A stretch of DNA of 24,099 nt from Cyanobacteria bacterium auto_48_18 (GTDB lineage: Bacteria > Cyanobacteriota > Vampirovibrionia > Obscuribacterales > Obscuribacteraceae). The position numbers were made by a program, and so were the translations under genes. Positions 17,023-24,099 of the stretch are shown here, in pieces. The notes beneath the pieces are model-generated. The model saw only the letters and a program-made list of their open reading frames with translations. It had not been told where the DNA came from and ran no database searches. Where the stretch lies: NCBI GenBank assembly GCA_036170915.1, contig JAVHQC010000012.1, positions 1 through 24,099 on the forward strand, written 5' to 3'. Each line of letters opens with the position of its first letter. Position 1 is the stretch's first letter.

Positions 17023-18119
17023 CTACTCATTCACAAGATCACCAAAACCATAAATATAACTAGCGGTTGCTAGTCCGACATGGTCATGATCGTATGGTTG
17101 CCTCGACTCTGGCTTATCAAAAAATGCAAGATGCTTTTTGTATTCAGGAATCAAATCAGGCTTTCTTGAAAAGAAATTTTTCGCCGCCAATCGGGCACTT
17201 TCCTTGTCGGCAAAGCACATCAAAAAATCAATAACATCATTCGCCTCAAAAGCCTGTAATTCATCCTCAATAATGCGAGGCATAAGAGTACTCAATTCTT
17301 CGAACTGCGCAAAATATGGTAGAGCCATCGTTTCAATAGATTGAATTACATCAGATACAACTTCCGCCCTCACCGCAGGATTTGCCAGCTCCCAAGATAA
17401 CGATGAAGGATTCTTCTGCAACCGACCAAGGTGGCCGCCAGCAATTCCAGGTCGTAAAATAAGCAGCGGATATTTGGCACGAAATTTCTTCAGCTTTGGA
17501 GAAGAAACGATGGCTGACACTGACAGATGAACATGTGCGCCAGCGAAATTGTTGGCGCTTGTTGAAAAATATTAAAATCAAAGTCAGCGAAACGCCTGCG
17601 GCAAATTTGCCGGCTTTTTAAATAACTAAAACCGGCTCTCTCGAAATGTTTGGAGATAACCGTACAAGATTCTAGAAAAACACTCTTGCAGACTTCTACC
17701 TGGCCTTCTTCGTCTACAAACTTGGGACGAAATTTAGCTTGCCGACTGTCAACAGTCTCGTGTTTGGTGTCTAATTTTTCTTGATGCTTTTCGACTTTAG
17801 GCAAATTGGCATCCAGCACAGGCACGCTGTGCCGGCTCTTGTCGGTGATGATCAGCTTGTCGTGATTTTTATCGAAACCGATTATGGATAAACCGGGGAG
17901 ATAACCGTCTTTGTGCAACTTATGACTGAGGTCTTGCAGGGCCACGTCGATCTGCTTCTGACCGCTGCCGTGTGCCTTCCATGAATGCATCTCATGCAAA
18001 ACCTGACCAATGACTTTCGAGTCATGCTTGGAAACTCCTTGCTCAATTTGCTTGCTCAGGTGTTCGATGTTCGTATGTTCGTTCACTCCATGCCAGGTTC
18101 GGGCTTCTGTACCCAACAT
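17023..18119 (-). pseudogene. Hypothetical gene (C-terminal part DUF4304-like) split by a frameshift near 17560-17570
   Basis: ORF 17490..18119 reads ...AGFSYLKSRQICRRRFADFDFNIFQ. The frame of ORF 17023..17520 is open upstream as TSANNFAGAHVHLSVSAIVSS. A one-base insertion joins the two. Confidence 0.55.
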
Positions 18120-18381
18120 AGAGCGGTGCCACGATTTGTTTGGTTCAGGGATCGGGCAAATTCCGGGCGAAACATTAATTCAGAAGTTCCAGACTATGAA
18201 TCAGTCTTCTGGATAGACGGTCAGCCAGTCCACCTCAAGTGCCCAATTGACGGAACATTCTCCAAACTTTCCGCGTCAAGCACAGCAGCAGCAGCTAGAC
18301 TGATATACGCCAGTGCAAGTAACTTGCAGCCATCATTGCGGCGCATATCACCTCTCTGTCTATTGAATCAAGCATGACCAT

Positions 18382-19566
18382 ATGTCAGCAAAGGAATTCC
18401 AAATGACCGTGCCAACGTTTTCGCAGTTGCTAATTTCACTGGAACGCAACTGGCCGATGGCGTCGGGGGCGATAGCCCGCGGCAACATCAAGCTGCTCAA
18501 GTCATTCCTCGGACCAGCCTATCGAGGATTCTTGTTGAAGTCGTTTCAGGGCGCCGACTCATCGATAATGACAGCCAACCATCAAGTGCTGTACGACTGG
18601 ACTTATTTACGCAATTATCCGGCAATGTCGAAGCTTTACGAAGCCGCAAAATCCGGGCAGTGGACGGCTGATGACGGCACTATCGACTGGAGCCAGAGCT
18701 TCGATCCGCTAAATACAGAAATACCAATCGTGCCCGACACGTATTGCCCAGCTTCGATCTTGCCAATGTGGAGCAAACTGTCCGCCAAGGAACGAGCCAC
18801 TCAACGGCGCGCGATGTTGAGCTGGATCCTCAGTCAAATATTGCATGGAGAGCAGGGCGCGCTATACGGTGCATCCCAGGTATTACAGGCGGTGCCATGG
18901 TTCGACGGCAAGCTGTTCGGTGCCACGCAAGTTGTGGATGAGGCACGTCATATCGAGGTGTTCCATCGTTACCTCGATGAAAAACTCGAGCGCCGATATG
19001 AAATCAACGACAACCTCTATGTATTGAGCGAGGCGTTGGTAGCGGATTCACGCTGGGATGTGAAATTTCTTGGCATGCAGATCATGATCGAGGGATTCGG
19101 GCTCGGAGCTTTTACGATGATTCGAAGCTTCGCGGCTGATCCACTTCTGCGCGACATACTCAAATACATCGTCGCCGATGAGTCTCGCCATGTAAGCTAT
19201 GGAGTTCTTGCATTGCAGCGCTTTTACGAGACAGAGCTGAACGAGAAAGAACGTGCCGAACGCGAAGATCTGGCTTTCGAAATTTCGCTTTTGCTACAAC
19301 GTCGCTTTTTAATGCACGACCTCTATGATGAATATTACGGCAACTACTTCACTCTAAAAGAATGGAATAAATTCGCAACAGATTCAGAATTGATGCGGTT
19401 CTTCCGCCGCGCAATGTTCCGTCTTCTTATTCCAAACTTGAAACGACTTGGGCTTTTTACAGAACGCATTCGTCCGCGTTACGCTGAAATCGGAATTCTG
19501 AATTATGAAACTGGACGTCAAATGTCTGAAATGACAAACGATGAGATAATGGCTGTGCCTTTGTAG
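18382..19566 (+). CDS. Ferritin-like diiron carboxylate protein (AurF/desaturase-like superfamily)
   Basis: Ligand pattern HGEQGAL...DEARH...MIEG...DESRH, i.e. two E/ExxH pairs. Confidence 0.85.
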   Translation: MSAKEFQMTVPTFSQLLISLERNWPMASGAIARGNIKLLKSFLGPAYRGFLLKSFQGADSSIMTANHQVLYDWTYLRNYPAMSKLYEAAKSGQWTADDGTIDWSQSFDPLNTEIPIVPDTYCPASILPMWSKLSAKERATQRRAMLSWILSQILHGEQGALYGASQVLQAVPWFDGKLFGATQVVDEARHIEVFHRYLDEKLERRYEINDNLYVLSEALVADSRWDVKFLGMQIMIEGFGLGAFTMIRSFAADPLLRDILKYIVADESRHVSYGVLALQRFYETELNEKERAEREDLAFEISLLLQRRFLMHDLYDEYYGNYFTLKEWNKFATDSELMRFFRRAMFRLLIPNLKRLGLFTERIRPRYAEIGILNYETGRQMSEMTNDEIMAVPL

Positions 19567-19595
19567 AAGGCGCCAGTGTGAGCGCTGAGCCATGA

Positions 19596-19677
19596 TGCTT
19601 ATTCGCATGAATCGAGCCGGGCGTTCGCATTTCAATGCAGCCTGTTAATCGCATAGTTTGCAGCCGGTGTATCGCAT
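19596..19677. repeat. IS21 right-end subterminal repeats
   Basis: TCGCAT at 19603, 19625, 19649 and 19672 (spacing 22-24 bp). Confidence 0.8.
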
Positions 19678-19723
19678 TCAAAGGGGCCTTTTGCCAAGTA
19701 GATTGAAAATTTATGATTGGTGC

Positions 19724-20473
19724 CTAAGGTTGGTTTTCGTCTGTTCCGTTTTTGTTTTTCCTTCTTGAAGGTCCTCCAAGATTTATTCTGTAAGAACCAT
19801 GTACCACGCGGTCTAAAATTGCATCGGCTAAAGTTGAATTTGCAAAAGTTTTGTGCCAAGCATCCACAGGTAATTGCGACGACATTATGAATGAACCGCG
19901 CCCACAGCGGTCATCTGCAACCTCCAACATGTCGCGGCATTGCTCTTCAGTAATTGGCACCAGTGCGAAATCGTCAAGCACCAGTACGTCGAAAGATTGA
20001 AGTCTCTTGAGAAACTTTTCGTAGCTGCCGTTGATTCTGGCGATGGTTAGTTCTTGGAAAAATCTTGGAGCTCGAAAATACACAGCGGTGTGCCCTGAAC
20101 GACAGGCTTTCTGAGCTAAGGCGCACGCAACGTAGCTCTTGCCCACGCCAGTACTTCCTACAATCATCACGTTGATGCTCTTCTTAATCCACTCGCAATC
20201 AGCTAGTTGACCGATGAGGCGCTTATCTAAGCCGCGGCCAGCTTTGAAATCTAAATCTTCTAAACATGCTACTTGACGCAATTTTGCTGACTTCAAACGC
20301 TTCGTCAGTAAATTTGTTTCGCGTTCGGAAAATTCGGCGTCTATCAAAAGGCCGAGACGATCTTCGAACGAAAGCTTTTGCAAGTCTTTTATATCGGCTT
20401 GCTGTTGCAACGCACGAACCATGCCGGTCAATTTCATATCCGCGAGTTTGTCTAGAGTTGGATGTTTGAGCAT
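19724..20473 (-). CDS. istB: IS21 helper ATPase IstB
   Basis: LSFEDRLGLLIDAE, GSTGVGKS Walker A, LVLDDF Walker B and ADAILDRVVH. Confidence 0.95.
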   Translation of the reverse strand: MLKHPTLDKLADMKLTGMVRALQQQADIKDLQKLSFEDRLGLLIDAEFSERETNLLTKRLKSAKLRQVACLEDLDFKAGRGLDKRLIGQLADCEWIKKSINVMIVGSTGVGKSYVACALAQKACRSGHTAVYFRAPRFFQELTIARINGSYEKFLKRLQSFDVLVLDDFALVPITEEQCRDMLEVADDRCGRGSFIMSSQLPVDAWHKTFANSTLADAILDRVVHGSYRINLGGPSRRKNKNGTDENQP

Positions 20474-20489
20474 TTTGCGAGTACCTCAG

Positions 20490-22031
20490 TCAGTTGTAGT
20501 ATTCAGGGCCTCGGCGATTATCGTGTTGAATATCGCCGAGGCGCAATATCAACTGTTCCGAAAGTGTGTGCACACCTGCTTCCAGAATTGTTCTTATCAA
20601 GCGATATCCCACTGTGCTTAGCCGAATGGCATGGGCACAGGCAAGTTCTAATTGCTCCTCTCCATACTTAGTTCGCAGGTTTTTAACGACCCCGAAGCAT
20701 TGGTCGTAATTTAGCTGTGGCTGCGGTTTCGAGCTGAGCAATTCCTGCACAACCAGCTTTGTGTTTGGTCCAATGTTTTCAGCTTGTATCAGGAACCATT
20801 CAGGTGAGAGACCATGATATGCGGCGTGGGAAGGCGCTAGATGCTCAGTTGATGTAGTCTTCTGACCTTCGGCCCAACTCCGCATGTGACTTGCAACCCG
20901 GGCGCCTTTATACATTGCTTCCACAGTATGCTCGGTGTAGCGCAAGTCAACGCGTTCTCCCACTAACTTGTAGGGCACTGAATAGTAGTGTCCATGCAGA
21001 TTTACGTGGTAGTCTCTCGGCACTCGAGCTGAGACTTTCCATTCTTCAGTCTCAAAATCATTCTGCGGAAGTGGCTTCAGTGCTGGTTTGTCAACAGTCT
21101 CGAACCAAGAGGAACGACTTCCAGGAAGCTTTTGAAAAGACTCCGAATTTATTTCTTCGCGCAGCTTGTCCAGCTCTTTGTTTAATTCAAAAATGTTGAA
21201 AAACTTTCTATCTCTTAGTTTTGCGAGAGCTCGATTTTCGACCTGCTGAACGCCTTTTTCGACCTTCGCTTTGTCCTTCGGTTTATATTTTCGCGCTGGT
21301 AGAATTCCGAAGCCGTAATGATCAGCCAAGCGCTGATACGAGCGATTTAGAACGCGCTCAAACCTCCCCGCCTCCGTTACAGCAGATTTCAAATTGTCTG
21401 GAACGACTAGATCTGGCACGCCCTCGAAAAACCTTAAGGCTTGAACGTGTGCGGCAAGCCAGTTCGAGAGCTGCTGGGACTCGAAAGCTCTGAAAAACAT
21501 GTAATTGCTTGCGCCAAAGGTAGCCACAAATATTTCAGCCTGTGTTATTTCACCGGTTTCTTTGTCTGTGATCGGAACCGTCTGGCCAGAGAAATCTACA
21601 AACAATTTCTCGCCGCCTTTATGCTCTTGTCGCATTTCAAGATCCCGCTCACCGAGCCAGAGTTTGTAGCGCCGGCAAAATTGTGAGCAGCTCAAGCCAG
21701 AAGTTTCGACAGGAAATTGTTCCTCCCAAAGCAGGCGCAGCGTGACGCCTTTCCGTTTAAGTTCTTTGTGAATACTTGGCCAATCTAAGTCAGCCCATTC
21801 ATCGGGCTTCGCAGTGGGTGCAGGAAAGAGTATCGCTTCCAGTTCTAAGTCAGTCATGGCAGAAATCACCGGCCATGTTAGACCGGCAGCTTTCGCGTGT
21901 TTTATGCACCTTTGTACTTTTAGTCGAGAAATATTCAACGATATTTCTGCTTGATTGCCACTGAGCCCCAGTTGCATTGTGAGGCGCAATATATCTCGAA
22001 GTTGTCCCATGTTTTTTCTTGGCCTGGCCAT
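20490..22031 (-). CDS. istA: IS21 transposase IstA
   Basis: DDE motifs FVDFSG, VPDNLKS and KDKAKVE, plus HYYSVPY. ATG 22031 (MARPRK) follows a purine-rich RBS; the ORF track extends to 22088. Confidence 0.95.
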   Translation of the reverse strand: MARPRKNMGQLRDILRLTMQLGLSGNQAEISLNISRLKVQRCIKHAKAAGLTWPVISAMTDLELEAILFPAPTAKPDEWADLDWPSIHKELKRKGVTLRLLWEEQFPVETSGLSCSQFCRRYKLWLGERDLEMRQEHKGGEKLFVDFSGQTVPITDKETGEITQAEIFVATFGASNYMFFRAFESQQLSNWLAAHVQALRFFEGVPDLVVPDNLKSAVTEAGRFERVLNRSYQRLADHYGFGILPARKYKPKDKAKVEKGVQQVENRALAKLRDRKFFNIFELNKELDKLREEINSESFQKLPGSRSSWFETVDKPALKPLPQNDFETEEWKVSARVPRDYHVNLHGHYYSVPYKLVGERVDLRYTEHTVEAMYKGARVASHMRSWAEGQKTTSTEHLAPSHAAYHGLSPEWFLIQAENIGPNTKLVVQELLSSKPQPQLNYDQCFGVVKNLRTKYGEEQLELACAHAIRLSTVGYRLIRTILEAGVHTLSEQLILRLGDIQHDNRRGPEYYN

Positions 22032-22161
22032 CGGCACCCTTTCCTCCACAGACGTGGATTCAAGGATCGCCGACTGAGTTGACACCAACTCACAATTTCA
22101 ATCAATTTGGCTTTCTAATTAGTGAAGGCTAATTTTTAGGCTTTCAAAGTGGCTGCTTACG

Positions 22162-22266
22162 ATGCGATTGCCCGGCTGCATACCATGCGACTTGCCGGCT
22201 TTAAACGATGCGATTTGCCGGCAGCATACGATGCGCCTCGCCGGCTGGAAATCATGCGAATATGCA
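22162..22266. repeat. IS21 left-end tandem 23-bp repeats (transposase binding sites)
   Basis: ATGCG(A/C) at 22162, 22185, 22208, 22231 and 22254 (exact 23-bp period); the first four are followed by CCGGC. Confidence 0.85.
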
Positions 22267-22705
22267 GCCATGAAGCACAAATTAAAACACGTGACTCTGG
22301 GGCATGCCCTTCATTGGTAACTGCGCCATTGGACTCATTACGAGAATTCCCCATGATTGATCGTGCTCACAGACATCAAGATTCGCCTCGTCACCACCAC
22401 CGGAACTGACGAGCGTGCAGGTGGAGCGTCTGGAAGGCATCGAAGGTTTCTAAGCAAATAGTGGCATTCTGCTATTCGTTAAAGAGACGAGTTTCTCAAA
22501 GAAGAAGGGAAACCCACTCGACAACGAAGTCGTTGTGAGCCTTTAGCCATCTCTAAGACACATTGTCTCTTCAAGAAAAGACTGCAGTTCAAAGACTAAT
22601 TGACGTTCACCTTGGTTACTATCAATTTCTCTAACTTGTTCATTTGAATAGCAGTAGTATAGCAGTGAGGCTAAAGAGCCTACCCCAAAAGCAAGAGCAC
22701 TTCAT

Positions 22706-23854
22706 TTATTTCGCAATAAGTCCGGGCTCTTCAACCCTTAAACAACGACCGTCTTTAAAAGTAATGGTGGCACCAGGGTAATCCATTGCGAAGTCGCTAA
22801 TTCTGTCAGGGACGCCCAGTATCTTCAAAACTTCGGCAACAGTTTTACCCAGACATTTTCCGCGAATTTGTGTAAGTCGCCACTTGAAAAACTCATGATA
22901 ATTCCACCCGCCGTAGAATTCTGACCGTACACATCTGTTCTGCTTAAAGAAAAGTCTGACCGGAACTTCAGTGCCGCCAAGAGTATAAAGCCAAACTTCT
23001 TCGTCAACTTGAGACTTTTGCCAACATTCATTTCTTCCCTTAACAGAGGGCTGACCTATTAAGGCCACCACATCCCTCTTTGAGAGACCTTTGGTTGATA
23101 AGCAAAACTGCTCTGCTGCTTCGCTCTCTGCTTTTTGAAAGTCTCTGCGCCAACGAGATGCCATTTCATACTCAGTAAGATTTTTTAGTTTCTTAAAGAC
23201 TGATGGATGCAACTTCTTACCATTCAGTCCTTTACCCGCCTTAGATTTCAATATCGGATGAATAGGAAGATCATAAGCACTCCCGCAATCCTCAAGTTGC
23301 GACTCATCGAAAAATCCTCTCCATTCGAAAACTTGGGCAGAGGTGCAGATTTTTGATCTGAATAACAATTTCACAGGTACATGATTGCCGCCGAACTCAT
23401 AAAGCCAAATATCATCGCCAAGCTTTATATATTTCCAATTTTCAATGTTCGTTCTTCGCCGATAGGCTGGCTTACCTGCCAAAAGCTCAATCTGCGCCTT
23501 ATTCATTCCTTTTACAATGTCACAAAATTGGTCTGCAGCTTCTCTTTCCGCTTTGGCAAAGTCGCGCTGCCAAAGAATTGCTAACGAAGGAGGATAATAA
23601 GCGTTCAGTTCAAGAAAAGTTGACCTATCAAGCTTTCTAGCGTTGAGACCTTCGTTGGGCCTGACACCTAGAATTGGGTGCCACTGATCTGGCAGCGCAC
23701 AACTTTGATACATTTGATCGCTGATTGAGAGGTCAGCCGACAGGCAGGCTAGACGCAATCCAAAACCGCAGCTGACAAAAATATTTGCCAATAAGATGAC
23801 TGCCATGCGCAGGTAAAAAAGCCCAAGTCTTTTCAAAATTTCAACCCGAAGCAT
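22706..23854 (-). CDS. Membrane-anchored/exported protein with tandem SmpA/BamE-like repeats
   Basis: Hydrophobic N-terminus; two ~125-aa homologous units (HPIL...GLN.+KL...W.RDF.KAE.EAA.QFC...KG+.+..+..L.G.P...WLY..GG..VPV+L.F...C) and a third partial unit (GKTVAEVLKILGVPD). Confidence 0.7.
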   Translation of the reverse strand: MLRVEILKRLGLFYLRMAVILLANIFVSCGFGLRLACLSADLSISDQMYQSCALPDQWHPILGVRPNEGLNARKLDRSTFLELNAYYPPSLAILWQRDFAKAEREAADQFCDIVKGMNKAQIELLAGKPAYRRRTNIENWKYIKLGDDIWLYEFGGNHVPVKLLFRSKICTSAQVFEWRGFFDESQLEDCGSAYDLPIHPILKSKAGKGLNGKKLHPSVFKKLKNLTEYEMASRWRRDFQKAESEAAEQFCLSTKGLSKRDVVALIGQPSVKGRNECWQKSQVDEEVWLYTLGGTEVPVRLFFKQNRCVRSEFYGGWNYHEFFKWRLTQIRGKCLGKTVAEVLKILGVPDRISDFAMDYPGATITFKDGRCLRVEEPGLIAK

Positions 23855-23920
23855 AAGTCACTCAAAGAATTTAAAACTGCTTTGTAATTCAAAACGTCAC
23901 CATAGCACCAAATTTAGTGC

Positions 23921-24097
23921 CTAAAGCGTCAACAATTTTGCACGAATTTTCGCTATGAGCTTTGGATTAGACGACAATGCCTCCTGGCCGACAAAGTAAG
24001 TAATATCGAAGTTCTTCCAGTCCATTGCAGCCATTCGTACCAGTTGATCACGGACAATTGTTTTGGACGAGCGGTCAATTAGGAATGAGCTATTGAT
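23921..24097 (-). CDS. 3' end of a hypothetical protein entering from the right edge
   Basis: Open frame INSSFLIDRSSKTIVRDQLVRMAAMDWKNFDITYFVGQEALSSNPKLIAKIRAKLLTL* ending at TAG 23923-23921. Confidence 0.55.
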   Translation of the reverse strand: MNSSFLIDRSSKTIVRDQLVRMAAMDWKNFDITYFVGQEALSSNPKLIAKIRAKLLTL

Positions 24098-24099
24098 TT

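Larger units (their letters stand above)
19596..22266 (-). mobile_element. Complete IS21-family insertion sequence (2671 bp)
   Basis: Inverted ends TGCTTATTCGCATGA (19596) and TGCATATTCGCATGA (reverse complement from 22266). Flanked by a GCCATGA direct repeat at 19589-19595 and 22267-22273; encloses istA and istB. Confidence 0.93.

Noticed and set aside
17985..18377. 130-aa plus-strand ORF upstream of the diiron gene
   Set aside because: Overlaps the minus-strand gene and has no recognisable motifs or RBS.
2153..21964. Numerous 60-140 aa ORFs antisense to or nested in well-supported genes
   Set aside because: They are shadow frames of confidently identified CDSs with no independent evidence.
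22162..22266. Regularly spaced repeats resembling a mini-CRISPR or iteron array
   Set aside because: The 23-bp period leaves no unique spacers, there are no cas or rep genes, and the repeats mirror those at the other IS21 end.
22149..22409. ORFs 22149..22409 (+) and 22157..22354 (-)
   Set aside because: They span the IS end repeats and the insertion junction, so they are artefactual frames.
22274..22705. Possible gene interrupted by IS21
   Set aside because: Rejoining the empty site gave only short frames with no recognisable protein on either strand.

Overview
Bacterial accessory region of moderate GC. Host lineage is not determinable from marker genes, but the protein style suggests Melainabacteria/Obscuribacterales (inference only). 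The centrepiece is a minus-strand retinal-phototrophy cassette: a DTE proton-pump rhodopsin of the Gloeobacter/xanthorhodopsin type followed by crtI, crtB, crtY and blh. The rhodopsin has Trp at the carotenoid-antenna fenestration site, and the Blh has a His->Gln change in HSxRH. Upstream are a secreted pseudo-caspase-TPR protein and an alpha/beta-hydrolase-DUF4384 protein. Next is a defence-like island: an AAA_14/DUF4143 ATPase, a minimal NxD-type McrB with a DUF2357 McrC whose nuclease motif looks degenerate, and an orphan DUF1778 antitoxin beside an internally deleted GNAT toxin. The rest holds a frameshifted gene, a diiron ferritin-like enzyme, a complete IS21 element (19596-22266, 7-bp target duplication) and a tandem BamE-like repeat protein. 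The first gene appears cut by an IS3-family element at the window edge.
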